Shown piece after piece: positions 49,016 to 60,324 of a stretch of 64,000 nucleotides of DNA. Origin of the DNA: Bacteroidales bacterium. GTDB lineage: Bacteria > Bacteroidota > Bacteroidia > Bacteroidales > JBDKHP01. Below the pieces are notes generated by a model that saw only the letters and a list, made by a program, of their open reading frames with translations, had not been told where the DNA came from and searched no databases. A program made the translations under genes and the position numbers. The DNA is taken from NCBI GenBank assembly GCA_965230435.1, contig CBDDLB010000002.1, positions 598,706 to 662,705 of the forward strand, given 5' to 3'. Each line of letters opens with the position of its first letter. Positions within the stretch are counted from its first letter, which is position 1.

Positions 49016-51367
49016 TTAATTCTGTTCAAACCATTTCTTCAAAGCAGCAGTACCTTTTTTTATCACTTCAATTGGAGGGCTCTCGATTGGATTATCATGT
49101 AACAATACGCCATTTTTGTACGGTCTATGAATTGTATCTCCAAAGTAGTCGTGCTCAATGTACTCGTTCCAATGAACTTTCATTTTGGGGAAATCACAAA
49201 TCCATGGGAAAAGTTGTTTTATCGGATTTTCTGCCAAATCCAGTTTTTCCAGCTTGCTTAAGTGCCTTAAAGCAGAAATATCTTTAATATTATTCTCTTT
49301 AAGATTTAAGTCAACCAGTGAAGTTAAGTTACTTAGCGCTGAAATATCTTCAACTTTATTAGCACTAAAATGCAGTTTGGTCAATTGTCTTAACTCCCCT
49401 ACCCCCTTAATTGACAACAGTTTATTTTCATCAAGGCAAAGATCTTCTAAATTTATCAACGTATTAAGTGCAGAAATATCATCGATACGATTAGAACTTA
49501 AACCAAGATACTTTAATTTAGATAGTTTGCCTAAAACCGAAATATCCGATATTTTATTGGACGTCAACCCCAATCGCTCAAGCTGATCAAGAAAACTTAA
49601 AGCAGATATGTCTTTTACTGAGCAAGAAACGACAAAGAAAATTTTCAACTTTCTCAAATTCTTCACGGATGAAATACATGAAATATCATTCTGGTTAAAG
49701 CTAAGATATTCTAAATCGGTCAATCCTGATAATGCAGAAATTTCTGAAATTTTATTCCATGAAAAGTCAAGCTTAATTAGGCGATTTAGATTTTGAACTG
49801 CGTGTATTTCTGAAATTTCATTCTTAGAAAGGTTAAGCTCAGTTAGATGAGTTAGTGTTTGGACTGCTTCTATTTTTACAATTTCATTGTAATCAAGAAA
49901 CAACCTTTTCAAACCTGTCAACTCTTGCAAAGCAGAAATATCAACTATTGAGTTGTGAGCAAGGTCAAGAACCGATAATTGCGCTATTTTGCTGAGTATC
50001 GAAATGTCGGTGATCTTATTTCTCCGCAGACTTAGCACTTTTAAAGATGGACATTCAGAAAGACATTCTGGTATCGAGGTCAGCGCATAATCTGAAATAT
50101 GAAGTCCCAAGAGGTTTCCGTTTTCATCAACGGCATACCTTGCCGATTTTGAAAGATTGGAAGAGTTATAAATTTCCGAAAGGCTAACTTTGTCAAATAT
50201 CACGACCAGTTCTTCTTCTAACTGATCAATTACAAATGGTTTCTTTCTTTGCCTTTCCTGTTTGTATGTTTCAAACCAAGCTTTAACCTCTGCCTTGCCT
50301 TTGTGGATTACACCCGCAACTGGCCCTTTTATCGGATTCCCAGCCAGATTTATCCCTTTAGTGCCTAATTCCAATGTGGAAGTTGTATAAACCCATTCTG
50401 GAATGGTCTGTATCTGATTACTTTTTAAATCCAGATGCTTTAGCTTACTTGGTGTTTTAAAATTATCAATGTCCGAAATATTATTTTCTCCTAAATTCAC
50501 CCATGTCAAATTATTCAATCCCTCTAAGAAGAGTAAACCAGTGACCTTATTTCTAAACAAATTCAGCCTTTTCAAGTTCTTTAAATTTGCTAAAGTCGTG
50601 ACTTCTTCCACTTCATTGCCATCAAGATCCAAAGCAGTAAGATTCACTGAACTTTCTAGAGCAGAGATATCTACAACTTTGTTTGAAGATAAATCCAAGT
50701 CACTTAAATTAACCAAGCTGCCCAACGGAGCAATATCTTTCACCTTACAAATACTCAAGTCAAGGTGTTCTAAGCTTTTAAGGTATTCTATCGATGATAA
50801 ATTATTTATGGGATTTGAACCTAAATTCAGCTCTTTCAGATTTATAAGTTTGCCTAGATCTGGAATTTCAGCAATTTGATTGGCTCGGGCATTTAAGGAT
50901 GATAGGTTTGTCAGGCCACTTAAGTAGCTAATATCCGACAACTTATTCTGACCGATATTTAGCTTCACTAAGTTATCCAGTTTTTCAAGCGCTCTTATGT
51001 CAACTATCTTATTTTCAACAAGGTTTAGTTTCGTAAGGTTCTTCAAATGTGCCAACGGCTCAATGTTCTCTATTTTATTGCTTCCTAAGTATAAAACCTC
51101 AAGGCTTTTCAACCTTCCTAATATTGAAAGATCCGTTATTTTACCGAAATTGAGACACAGCGTTTTAAGATGAGTGCAAGTTGAAAGCTCCTCATCAATT
51201 TCGTGCAAACCCAAATTGGAAATAGATAAACCTATAACATTACCATCTGCATCGGTGGCATATTCAGCGGTTTTATAAAACAGATATTTAGTAATTTCCT
51301 CTAAGTTGACTTTTTTAAACTTATAGTTGTATTTTTCCTCGAAAAAATGAATTATCTCTAGTTTCAT
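49016..51367 (-). CDS. Cytoplasmic leucine-rich-repeat protein (783 aa), made of two tandem LRR modules
   Basis: There are dozens of 22-aa LxxLxxLxLxxNxIxDIxxL repeats. Each module starts with ...DxxGNxxGLxISxxxLxxI and ends with GNPI/ENPI...K.WFE. There is no signal peptide. Confidence 0.85.
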   Translation of the reverse strand: MKLEIIHFFEEKYNYKFKKVNLEEITKYLFYKTAEYATDADGNVIGLSISNLGLHEIDEELSTCTHLKTLCLNFGKITDLSILGRLKSLEVLYLGSNKIENIEPLAHLKNLTKLNLVENKIVDIRALEKLDNLVKLNIGQNKLSDISYLSGLTNLSSLNARANQIAEIPDLGKLINLKELNLGSNPINNLSSIEYLKSLEHLDLSICKVKDIAPLGSLVNLSDLDLSSNKVVDISALESSVNLTALDLDGNEVEEVTTLANLKNLKRLNLFRNKVTGLLFLEGLNNLTWVNLGENNISDIDNFKTPSKLKHLDLKSNQIQTIPEWVYTTSTLELGTKGINLAGNPIKGPVAGVIHKGKAEVKAWFETYKQERQRKKPFVIDQLEEELVVIFDKVSLSEIYNSSNLSKSARYAVDENGNLLGLHISDYALTSIPECLSECPSLKVLSLRRNKITDISILSKIAQLSVLDLAHNSIVDISALQELTGLKRLFLDYNEIVKIEAVQTLTHLTELNLSKNEISEIHAVQNLNRLIKLDFSWNKISEISALSGLTDLEYLSFNQNDISCISSVKNLRKLKIFFVVSCSVKDISALSFLDQLERLGLTSNKISDISVLGKLSKLKYLGLSSNRIDDISALNTLINLEDLCLDENKLLSIKGVGELRQLTKLHFSANKVEDISALSNLTSLVDLNLKENNIKDISALRHLSKLEKLDLAENPIKQLFPWICDFPKMKVHWNEYIEHDYFGDTIHRPYKNGVLLHDNPIESPPIEVIKKGTAALKKWFEQN

Positions 51368-51789
51368 TCTCTAAGCGTTGTTTGTCCAACCATTCGAAAT
51401 AGATTTACACTTTCCCTGTATCGGATTCATTTCAGAATGTATACAAGCCTTCTTTACTTAACAATCACACCTTATCAATTGCTATCAAAATAACTAAACC
51501 TTCAAACGATATCCAAAGTAACATTTACTTTTCACCTTACGAAGTAGTCAATCAAAATTAGTCTGGATTTATTCTGGTGCTAAGTAGCCAGCTGGTTGCA
51601 AATAGTAAATCTAAAATAAAAAGGGCCGCGACCTTACAAAAATTAAGGTCAACATTTAAATTTATTAAATTCGCTCTTTAATCAGAATTTTATTCTAAAA
51701 ACAGCACAAAAAGCGACATTTCCACGTAGAAGCATTTAATACCGTTTACTATGGCTTTGCTTACCCTCAACATTTAAAAAATTGATACA

Positions 51790-53775
51790 ATGAAACTAAA
51801 ATTCAGAACTCAACTTTTAATGCCTAGCTTAATTGCTTCTTCGTTAATGTTAATTGTGGCCATCATAGTGTTTATAAATCTAAACTCATTAACCAGAAAT
51901 TCTGCATGGGTAGAGCATACTTACAATGTAATAGATGATGGCAATAACCTTTTGAAATTTATGATTGACCAAGAAACCGGTATGAGAGGGTTTACCGTAA
52001 CAGGTGATGAATCGTTTTTAGAGCCTTATTATGACGGAGCAAAACAGTTTGACACATCGATGAGCGAACTACAGAACACAGTAAGTGACAACCCAAACCA
52101 AGTAGCAAGGCTCAAAGAAATAGATCAACAAACCAAGCTTTGGAGAAGCGAAGTTGCAGAGAAATATATCACACTAAGAAAAGATATTAAAGCAGGGGAA
52201 GCACATAGGAACAGACTTTTTAAACTAATAGCATCGGGAGTTGGGAAACGGAGTATGGACAATTTACGCGAACTTATTGCCAACTCTGGCCTGTCCTCTA
52301 GCGCGCAGAACCAGATCACCCTCGATATGATCAATATGGAAACTGGCCTTAGAGGCTTTCTACTAAATAACAACGATGAGTATCTAGAACCCTACAACAT
52401 TGCCAAATTACAGTTGGACAAGGATTTCGAGACGAATAAAACAAAACTTACCATTCAAAATTCTGCTTACAGATGGATCAATAATTATGCTGAAAAAGCC
52501 ATAGAAATCAACCGAGAGGCTATGGAAACAAAAAAAATGGAAAGCCTTTATAACGAATTCTCCACAAAAAAAGGAAAACAGTACATGGATAAAATTAGAT
52601 CCCTACTCTCAACCTTTGTCAGTGTAGAAGCAGCACTACTGAAACAGAGAAAAGCAGATGCAGACTTTACCACATCACTAACCAAAAGCCTTCTCATCAT
52701 TCTAACGCTACTGTCAATCGGTATATCCCTTTCCATATTATGGATACTTAGCAACCGGATCATGAAACAGCTTGGAGGCGAACCTGATGAAGTAGAAGAT
52801 ATTTCCTATCGGATTTCGGAAGGGGATTTTACGGACAATTCTAAACAAAAATATGAGACTTCAGGAATTTTTAAATCCATGCAGAACATGTCGCGCAATC
52901 TAAAAAAGATAGTAAGCAATATCAGCCATACTGCCTCTCAGATTGCTTCTTCATCCCAACTGCTCAGCAACGGATCTCAAGGCATTTCATCCTCTGCAAA
53001 TCAACAAGCGTCGTCTGTAGAAGAAATATCATCTGTCATAGAAGAAATGGCAAGCTCCATAATCCAGAATACGAACAGTGCAGAACAAGCACAAAACATC
53101 TCAATACAAACAAGCGAAAGCATTCGGAAAGTAAACGAACAATCCGAAGAAGCAGTTAAGATGAACGAACAAATTGCTGAAAAAATTAACGTGATTACTG
53201 AAATAGCCGAAAGAACAGATCTTCTGGCGATAAATGCAGCTGTAGAGGCGGCACGGGCAGGAAACACAGGCAGAGGTTTTGCTGTAGTGGCCGAAGAAAT
53301 TAGAAAACTAGCTGAAGTAAGCGGCACAGCTGCCGACGAAATAGTTTCCTTTACTCAAAATTCCTTACAAGCAACCCAACTCACCAACCACACTTTAAAA
53401 AAAATGCTGCCTTTGGTTGAAGAAAGTACATTGCTGATTCAGCAAATTTCATCCTCGAGCCTAGAACAAAAAGCAGGAGCAAGTCAAGTAAACATATCCA
53501 TACAACAACTAAACGATACCGCTCAGCAAAACGCATCTTACAGCGAGGAAATGGCAAGCAGTGCAGAAGAATTGGCTGCTCAAGCTCAACAGCTAAATGA
53601 TGTGATAAAATTTTTCCGTTTTAATAACAGTCTTGACCAAAACGCCATAACTAACAACAAATCTACAATTGAAAATCCAGAATTTTATAACGAACCAACA
53701 GTAGAAACTGTTCCACAACAAGGTATTGAGTTAGACCTAGAAAAAGATGACTCAAATAATTTCACTTCATTTTAA
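51790..53775 (+). CDS. Methyl-accepting chemotaxis protein with a duplicated CHASE3-like periplasmic sensor
   Basis: CHASE3 hallmarks occur twice (VEHTYNVI...[21 protein letters not shown] and [23 protein letters not shown]). A TM segment and a GGEP...GDF linker follow. The MA signalling domain has [32 protein letters not shown]. Confidence 0.88.
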   Translation: MKLKFRTQLLMPSLIASSLMLIVAIIVFINLNSLTRNSAWVEHTYNVIDDGNNLLKFMIDQETGMRGFTVTGDESFLEPYYDGAKQFDTSMSELQNTVSDNPNQVARLKEIDQQTKLWRSEVAEKYITLRKDIKAGEAHRNRLFKLIASGVGKRSMDNLRELIANSGLSSSAQNQITLDMINMETGLRGFLLNNNDEYLEPYNIAKLQLDKDFETNKTKLTIQNSAYRWINNYAEKAIEINREAMETKKMESLYNEFSTKKGKQYMDKIRSLLSTFVSVEAALLKQRKADADFTTSLTKSLLIILTLLSIGISLSILWILSNRIMKQLGGEPDEVEDISYRISEGDFTDNSKQKYETSGIFKSMQNMSRNLKKIVSNISHTASQIASSSQLLSNGSQGISSSANQQASSVEEISSVIEEMASSIIQNTNSAEQAQNISIQTSESIRKVNEQSEEAVKMNEQIAEKINVITEIAERTDLLAINAAVEAARAGNTGRGFAVVAEEIRKLAEVSGTAADEIVSFTQNSLQATQLTNHTLKKMLPLVEESTLLIQQISSSSLEQKAGASQVNISIQQLNDTAQQNASYSEEMASSAEELAAQAQQLNDVIKFFRFNNSLDQNAITNNKSTIENPEFYNEPTVETVPQQGIELDLEKDDSNNFTSF

Positions 53776-53864
53776 CATTACAGTAAACCCAAGAGCACTC
53801 AAAACCTAAGCAATGGTGTATTTTTCAAAAATCAGTATTGCTTAGGAGCTATTGGTCAGTCATT

Positions 53865-54443
53865 TCAATAATACTTATCGATACCCCCAAAACCTCTTAT
53901 CCACTTATTATCCTTTGTTTTTTGGATGAAGTTTTTCAATCTCTTTTCAAATTCATCTGGTTTTTTGCGCACACTATCAATATACGCTATCCTTATCCGT
54001 CTGTAGGATTCAGAAAAATTACAGTAATTGCTCCACACTTTTGGATCTTTGTTCAGTCTATCGATTATGTCTGCTGGAAAAACAAACTCCTCATCTATGA
54101 TATCTTGTAACGAATTTTTTACCGATTCGTGAATTAAACCATTTTCAGAGAGCCATTTCACTCTTTCTTTATTCGGTTGAGAATAAGGTGATCCTTTTCT
54201 TCTCCTAGAAAAGCGTTGTATTGTAGTTGACGGATTCAGCGATTTCACCGTGCTATCGATCCAACCAAAACACAATGCTTCTTCAACTGCATCGTTATAA
54301 ACTATCCTTGGTTTACCCGTTTCTTTCTTCGGATATTCCAACCAAATATCGTGTTCCTTTTCAAAATTGGCTTCCAGCCACTTTCTCCATTCCTTTCTAT
54401 TGTCGAAGTAAATTGTTTTTTCCATTTTTTGAATATGTAACAT
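53865..54443 (-). CDS. YdeI/OmpD-associated family protein (DUF1801-like)
   Basis: FDNRKEWRKWLEANFEKEHDIWLEYPKK...DAVEEALCFGWIDS is typical of the YdeI family. An alternative start is at 54425. Confidence 0.7.
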   Translation of the reverse strand: MLHIQKMEKTIYFDNRKEWRKWLEANFEKEHDIWLEYPKKETGKPRIVYNDAVEEALCFGWIDSTVKSLNPSTTIQRFSRRRKGSPYSQPNKERVKWLSENGLIHESVKNSLQDIIDEEFVFPADIIDRLNKDPKVWSNYCNFSESYRRIRIAYIDSVRKKPDEFEKRLKNFIQKTKDNKWIRGFGGIDKYY

Positions 54444-54519
54444 CGTGCGCCTATTTATCTAAATTAAGCGCACCGCATGTTGAATATGTACGAAATAAAT
54501 ATCTATGAGTAAATTAGTA

Positions 54520-55377
54520 CTAGTGCGTAAGTATCTTAATAGGCAAACACAGATTTACATTAAAATAGCCTTGTTCATAATGTTCCGAATAGAGATACAT
54601 CTCCAAATGCGGACGGTCAGCAGGAACAAAATTACTCGTCAGCAGCCATTCTTTAAATAAGTAATCCCATGCATGCGAAATATCATTCTTATGTCCTTTG
54701 AAATTGAATACCGCAAACTTACCCCCAACCAAGGTTTTAGAATTTAATTCTTCTCCTCTTGGAATATCTTCCCTATTCACAACAAGGCAGGCATCGTATT
54801 TACACTTTTCCGCAGGAGTATAGTCGGGGTCATCATAACCAATACCTACAAACTGATCAATCTTGAAACCATGATGTAGTGCCAATTGATACAGTTCATC
54901 AAAAGTCTCAGATATTACTTCCGTATTGTAACCTGTTGTTATTTTCTTATAAAGTACATATTTGTCAAACACGAATTCAATACCCCTATAATCAATCGAA
55001 AACTCTTTCTGAACACAACATCTCTCCCGCTTTTCGAGAACTCGTCCCGAGTATTTTGCTTCTGTTGGAGAAAGTCCATGATAGTCTTTAAAATCGCGGG
55101 AGAAATTAGCAACAGAATTATACCCTAGAGCAAACGTGATATCTTTCACAGCCTGCGATTCATCAACCTGAAGAAGCCTGTAGGCCTTGATCATCCTTGT
55201 CCTTTTGATGAACTCATTCAGTTTCTCACCTGTTACAGATTTAAAAATTCTATGAAAATGATACTTCGAAAACATGGCAACATCGGCAAGTTCATCAAGA
55301 CGTAATTTTGCTCCAATATTGTCCTCTATATAATCAATAACTTTGCTTATCCGCTCTTTATAATAATTGTTTATCAA
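54520..55377 (-). CDS. AraC-family transcriptional regulator with a C-terminal GyrI-like effector-binding domain
   Basis: The AraC HTH is LRLDELADVAMFSKYHFHRIFKSVTG...ALGYNSVANFSRDFKDYHGLSPTE. The ~150-aa C-terminal domain is GyrI-like (EMYL...). Confidence 0.82.
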   Translation of the reverse strand: MINNYYKERISKVIDYIEDNIGAKLRLDELADVAMFSKYHFHRIFKSVTGEKLNEFIKRTRMIKAYRLLQVDESQAVKDITFALGYNSVANFSRDFKDYHGLSPTEAKYSGRVLEKRERCCVQKEFSIDYRGIEFVFDKYVLYKKITTGYNTEVISETFDELYQLALHHGFKIDQFVGIGYDDPDYTPAEKCKYDACLVVNREDIPRGEELNSKTLVGGKFAVFNFKGHKNDISHAWDYLFKEWLLTSNFVPADRPHLEMYLYSEHYEQGYFNVNLCLPIKILTH

Positions 55378-55655
55378 AACTCTCGTGCATAATATTATTT
55401 CCAGATTTCCTGCTCCTAATTTACACTCTCTTCCGAAAAGAATTTAGAAATCATAAAATAATACTTGATCATTTCAATTCCACACATACTGCTTATCAAG
55501 GTTAACCAATTTATAATTACAAGCAGAATCAACCACTAACCCACTAATAAACAAACACTTAATTTTTCACACTATATTTTCTTGTTTCCCTAATCATCTT
55601 CAATTTCAGTTCTATTATAGTCCAGAAATATTATCAGATCAAATGTATCTCTGCG

Positions 55656-56048
55656 CTAAGTTGCATTTCCATCTTCCGACGCAAATGCCAAAAATTCTTC
55701 TACAGAATGATACAATGGGAACGATCCATTCAGATTCGTAAAGATGAATTTGCAATCGTCTTTTGGTGATCTCGTCACAGTTTTCAGAATCTCAAAATTC
55801 ATCTCATCAGCCTCCATTAAAGACTCCTTTACAAAGTATAATGGCAACACCGAAGTCCAAACTCAAATTCCAATCACGGGCATCTTGCAAAAAAAAATCT
55901 ATTCCCAAATTACCACTTCGTGCTTTTTTACTAGCTTTCAGACGCCAATCCTCTAACAAATCTATCCCCATTACATCATATCCTCATCTTGATATTTGAA
56001 TTGCGGGTTTACCTTCCGCTTCCAACATCAAGTATCCTCTTCTTTCAT
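55656..56048 (-). pseudogene. Decayed class I SAM-dependent methyltransferase
   Basis: The minus-strand read is ...GKPAIQISR*GYDVMGIDLLEDWRLKASKKARSGNLGIDFFLQDARDWNLSLDFGVAIILCKGVFNGG*. A frameshift then leads into EADEMNFEILKTVTRSPKDDCKFIFTNLNG. The layout is MTase motif I to post-III but with an in-frame TGA and a frameshift. Confidence 0.55.
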
Positions 56049-56079
56049 CTAAATTTAAAATCTACGCGGATCAAACCCT

Positions 56080-56862
56080 TTATTGACCACCAAAGTTCAC
56101 AACACTACCTGTTGTAAGACCTCCATCAACAGCCAATGCCTGACCCGTCACAAAACTAGCCCCCTCTGAACACAACCATACTACAGTATCTGCAATCTCT
56201 TCAAGCTTTCCATAGCGATTCATTGGGTGTACCCCCTTCAAAACATTCTGAACAGGCTCTGGTAAATTATGTATAAGCTGGGTTTCTACAACCCCTGGAC
56301 ATATTGCATTTACGCGTATGTTTTCCTTTGCATAAAACATAGCTGCATTCTTTGTAAGACCTATAATCCCATGCTTTGTCGCAGAATATGCCGATGGCAC
56401 ATGAGGCTGTGTCGTTAATCCTGCCACAGAAGACATATTTACAATAACACCTTCCCCTTGCTTTAGCATTTGCTTTATTTCGTGCTTCATCGATAACAAA
56501 ACTCCTGTAAGGTTTATATCCACAGTTTGTGTCCAGTTATCCATATCCAACATATGAATAGGTTGAAACTGAGGATTAATACCTGCATTATTGAATGCAT
56601 AATCTAATGCCCCAAACTTCTTGACCGTTTGGCTTATAGCAAATTCCACTTCATCTTCATTACGAACATCTGTTTTAATGAAAATTGCCTCACCACCCTT
56701 TTCAAAAATTTCTTCTACAGTCTGTTGTCCTTCTTTTTCCCTACGCGCCGCTATTGCGACGTTACAACCAATTTCTGCAAAACGTAATGCTGTTGCCTTT
56801 CCAATACCAGCGTTTCCTCCAGTAATAAAAACAGTTTTACCATCAATAGTTTTCATAATCAA
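56080..56862 (-). CDS. SDR-family oxidoreductase
   Basis: Signatures TGGNAGIGKATA, NNAG, YSATK and PG..ET are present. The protein is 260 aa. Confidence 0.85.
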   Translation of the reverse strand: MIMKTIDGKTVFITGGNAGIGKATALRFAEIGCNVAIAARREKEGQQTVEEIFEKGGEAIFIKTDVRNEDEVEFAISQTVKKFGALDYAFNNAGINPQFQPIHMLDMDNWTQTVDINLTGVLLSMKHEIKQMLKQGEGVIVNMSSVAGLTTQPHVPSAYSATKHGIIGLTKNAAMFYAKENIRVNAICPGVVETQLIHNLPEPVQNVLKGVHPMNRYGKLEEIADTVVWLCSEGASFVTGQALAVDGGLTTGSVVNFGGQ

Positions 56863-57734
56863 ATTTTTAAAGGTTAACTAAAGGAGTGTGGTGTATTCAA
56901 GCGGTTTCCCTATGGAAATAGTACCCTCTATTGAATTTAATTCTTGAAAATTAACTGTCTTTGAATTCAACAAAGAATCACCAAATTAGACTACTGCTCA
57001 ACAGAAATTGAGCTATAAATACAATCCCGCTTTTAACTCAAAAACTCCTCTTATGTAATAAGTGAGGTACAAAAGATAATGATCGAAGCTGCATTTCTAT
57101 TTTTAACCTGATGGGTACTTTTTATAGATGAAAATTTAAAAGAGAAATGAACACCGATTAATGCTATTTTATTACCTCTACTAAGCATTAGTTCAAACAA
57201 AATTTGAAAGTTAGGCAAAAGAAGTAAGCAAGCATGCTTATGTAACACATACTTTTAGATTATCACTATCGAATGGTAGCATTATATGCTTATCATCCTG
57301 AAGTTATATTAAAATTATAAGTAATCATTTTTAAATTTGAATCTTAAAAATAATACTTTTTTTTAAAAATAAGGACATATCATACCTTTTTTTTCAAAAA
57401 AAATGTTCATTGTTTTCAAAGATTGAGAACGGGAATGGAAAGCGAAAGGGACGTAGACTACAATTACGAAAGGTCATAAAAGCGCAATATAAAACACTAA
57501 ATATCAATACAATAACAACATCAGCAAATAACATTCTGTACTTTTAAAAAGCGTTTCCATAGAACGTACTACTTGTCGTTTGTAATTGGATATAAAGAAC
57601 AGGCATGCTCTTGCACCGTACACATAGTTATACTTTATGGTTGTTTTGACATATCATATATGTTAGCACTTTAAAGCCTGTTTTACATTTCGAATAAATT
57701 ATACAAAAATATATTATTGGAGGGTTAGTAATGT

Positions 57735-57830
57735 GTGAAAAACAACTTCTGCTTTCGTTGCACTTCGATCGTTCAAATCTTCATGTACTCTAGTACACCC
57801 TGGCATAGAACATCTTGCGCATCTTATTCG
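57735..57830 (+). repeat. Copy 5 (b-part only) of the degenerate composite repeat
   Basis: GAAAAACAACTTCTGCTTTCGTTGCACTTCGATCGTTCAAATCTTCATGTACTCTAGTACACCCTGGCATAGAAC aligns base-for-base with 3566-3645. Differences are mostly transitions and include a compensatory pair in the CGTAC/GTACG to TGTAC/GTACA stem. Confidence 0.55.
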
Positions 57831-57895
57831 AGATTATTATTTGCACTTTTCTTAAATAATGCCTTCTTATTACATTTCTCAGAAAGCAAGAGCAA

Positions 57896-57920
57896 TAAAA
57901 AAGGCTCCCCAAGGAGCCTT
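57896..57920 (-). terminator. Rho-independent terminator after pgi
   Basis: On the minus strand GGCTCC-TTGG-GGAGCC is followed by TTTTTT, about 30 nt past the pgi stop. Confidence 0.8.
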
Positions 57921-57950
57921 CTAATACATCCACTTTTATTTTTTCAGACT

Positions 57951-59294
57951 TTACAGGCGAGCCTGAATCGCTTTAGTTTCTTCTTCGAAACCTGCCTTAC
58001 CAAGTAATGCAAACATATTTTTCTTGTAAGCTTCTACTCCTGGCTGATCAAATGGATTCACCCCCAAAATGTATCCACTAATACCACAAGCTTTTTCGAA
58101 GAAATAAATCAACTGACCGATTGTGTACTCGTCCAATTTTGGAAGCTCAAGCTGAAGGTTTGGTACACCACCATCTACGTGAGCAATCATAGTACCTAGT
58201 TCAGCCATTTTATTTACGTGGTCGATGCTTTTACCTGCGATGTAGTTCAAACCATCCAAGTTAGCTTCGTCCTTTGGAATAGAAAGGCTATACTTTTGCT
58301 CTTTTACAGAAAGTACAGTTTCGAAAAGGATACGCTCACCTTCTTGAATGTACTGTCCCATTGAGTGTAGGTCTGAAGAGAAGTTTACAGAAGCCGGGAA
58401 AATACCTTTGCCTTCTTTTCCTTCGCTCTCACCATATAGTTGTTTCCACCATTCTGCCAAGTACTGAAGCTTAGGCTGGTAGTTAACCAAAATCTCAACA
58501 GTTTTACCTTTTGCATACAAAGCGTTACGAGCCGCAGCATACTGACATGCAACGTTTTCTTCGTAAGGTACATTTTCCGCTGTAGCCACCTGCATATCCT
58601 GAGCTCCTTTTACCAATGCTTTGATATCGAAACCAGAAACAGCAATAGCAAGAAGACCAACTGGTGTAAGAACAGAGTAACGTCCGCCAACATCATCAGG
58701 AATTACATAAGAAGCATACCCCTCTTGAGTTGTGAGCGTACGCAACGCACCTTTAGAAGAATCTGTAACAGCAACAATACGCGAAGCTGCTTCTTCTTTG
58801 CCATAACGATCTTCCAAATCTTGTTTCAAGATACGGAAAGCAATAGCAGGTTCTGTTGTAGTCCCTGATTTTGAAATTACGTTGATTGCCCATTCGTAGT
58901 CCTTCAATGTCTCACGAAGCTCTACCATGTAATCTTCGCCAATGTTCTGACCAGCAAAAACTACAAGCGGCGCTGTGCGATCCTTTTGCAACTGGCTGAA
59001 ACCATTAGCAAGAGCATCGATAACTGCCTTAGCACCAAGATAAGACCCACCGATACCGATTACTACCAAAACATCGATCTTCGACTTCAATTCATCGGCT
59101 TTAGCCTGAACGTCAGTAAGGAAATCGTCAGAAATCTCAGCAGGAAGGTTGACCCAACCCAAGAAGTCGTTTCCTTTACCGCTCTTGTCGTGCAATGCTT
59201 TGTTCGCACTCTCGGCAGCGCCTTTTAAGGCATCGATTTCTTCTTGAGAAACAGTCCCGTGGGCTCTCTCAAGATTCAATTTTAATGTGTTCAT
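57951..59294 (-). CDS. pgi: Glucose-6-phosphate isomerase
   Basis: The 447-aa protein has [18 protein letters not shown] and [11 protein letters not shown], which are PGI signatures. Confidence 0.92.
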   Translation of the reverse strand: MNTLKLNLERAHGTVSQEEIDALKGAAESANKALHDKSGKGNDFLGWVNLPAEISDDFLTDVQAKADELKSKIDVLVVIGIGGSYLGAKAVIDALANGFSQLQKDRTAPLVVFAGQNIGEDYMVELRETLKDYEWAINVISKSGTTTEPAIAFRILKQDLEDRYGKEEAASRIVAVTDSSKGALRTLTTQEGYASYVIPDDVGGRYSVLTPVGLLAIAVSGFDIKALVKGAQDMQVATAENVPYEENVACQYAAARNALYAKGKTVEILVNYQPKLQYLAEWWKQLYGESEGKEGKGIFPASVNFSSDLHSMGQYIQEGERILFETVLSVKEQKYSLSIPKDEANLDGLNYIAGKSIDHVNKMAELGTMIAHVDGGVPNLQLELPKLDEYTIGQLIYFFEKACGISGYILGVNPFDQPGVEAYKKNMFALLGKAGFEEETKAIQARL

Positions 59295-59319
59295 TTGTTG
59301 GTTTATGTGAGTTTTAGAA

Positions 59320-60324
59320 CTATCTCAGTTTGTCCGTAAGCAATTTCATTTCGAAAGCAGCTGGTTTTCCACCATACAGTATGTTGTAAACTGCTTCGGT
59401 GATTGGCATGAAAATATTGTACTTCTTATTGATCTGGAAAATACAATCTGTAGCATAATAACCTTCTGCAACCATATTCATCTCTAGCTGTGCGGCCTTT
59501 ACAGAGTACCCCTGCCCTATCATCATTCCAAACTGGCGGTTGCGCGAAAAAGAAGAATAAGCTGTCACCATCAGATCGCCCAAATATGCGGAATCCAAAA
59601 TATCACGAGTAATAGGATAGACGGTGTCGGCAAATCTTTTTATTTCCTGAATAGCATTCGAAATAAGCACGGCCAGAAAATTGTCCCCATAACCAACACC
59701 TTTCGAAACCCCAGCTGCTACAGCAAAAACATTCTTCAGCACTGCTGCGTATTCTGTTCCGTAAAGATCGTCAGAAATATAAGTCTTTATAAAGCGGCGT
59801 TCAAGCTTATTGGCCACAAACTCCGCTACCGATAAATTCTTAGCTGCAATTGTCAGATAAGAAAGTCTTTCCAAGGCAACCTCCTCTGCATGACAAGGGC
59901 CTGCGATAACTGCAAGGTTTTCTTCTTCTACTTCGAAGAACTGCTGAAAATAATCGGCAATAATTAAGTTTTCCTGAGGAACAATACCTTTAATGGCCGA
60001 GACAATAATCTTGTCTTTCAATGTAACAGACAGCTTCTTAAGCGCCTTTTTCAGGAACGCAGAAGGTATAGCAAAAATAAGCATATCGGAATGCTTAATG
60101 GCCTGCGAAATGTCGCCATAAAAGTTGACTTTGTCTGTGTAAATTTCCACATCGCTCAGGTAGCGGGGGTTGCGTTTATGTTCTTGAATATAGGCAATGC
60201 TTTCCTTGTTACGCATAAACCAATTTATATTCTCGTCCTGTGCAATGTTCTTTTGTAGCATTTTCACAATTGCCGTTGCCCAGCTTCCTCCGCCAAGCAC
60301 TGCAATTCTTGCATTTTGATTCAT
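59320..60324 (-). CDS. gpsA: NAD(P)H-dependent glycerol-3-phosphate dehydrogenase
   Basis: The likely start is [18 protein letters not shown] at 60324 (the track ORF extends to 60369). The protein has a Rossmann GxGxxA/G motif and the GpsA C-terminal domain. Confidence 0.88.
   Translation of the reverse strand: MNQNARIAVLGGGSWATAIVKMLQKNIAQDENINWFMRNKESIAYIQEHKRNPRYLSDVEIYTDKVNFYGDISQAIKHSDMLIFAIPSAFLKKALKKLSVTLKDKIIVSAIKGIVPQENLIIADYFQQFFEVEEENLAVIAGPCHAEEVALERLSYLTIAAKNLSVAEFVANKLERRFIKTYISDDLYGTEYAAVLKNVFAVAAGVSKGVGYGDNFLAVLISNAIQEIKRFADTVYPITRDILDSAYLGDLMVTAYSSFSRNRQFGMMIGQGYSVKAAQLEMNMVAEGYYATDCIFQINKKYNIFMPITEAVYNILYGGKPAAFEMKLLTDKLR

Noticed and set aside
53805-53846. A 10-bp inverted repeat CCTAAGCAAT / ATTGCTTAGG between the convergent MCP and ydeI-like genes.
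   Set aside because: The loop is 22 nt and there is no flanking T-run, so it is too weak to call as a terminator.
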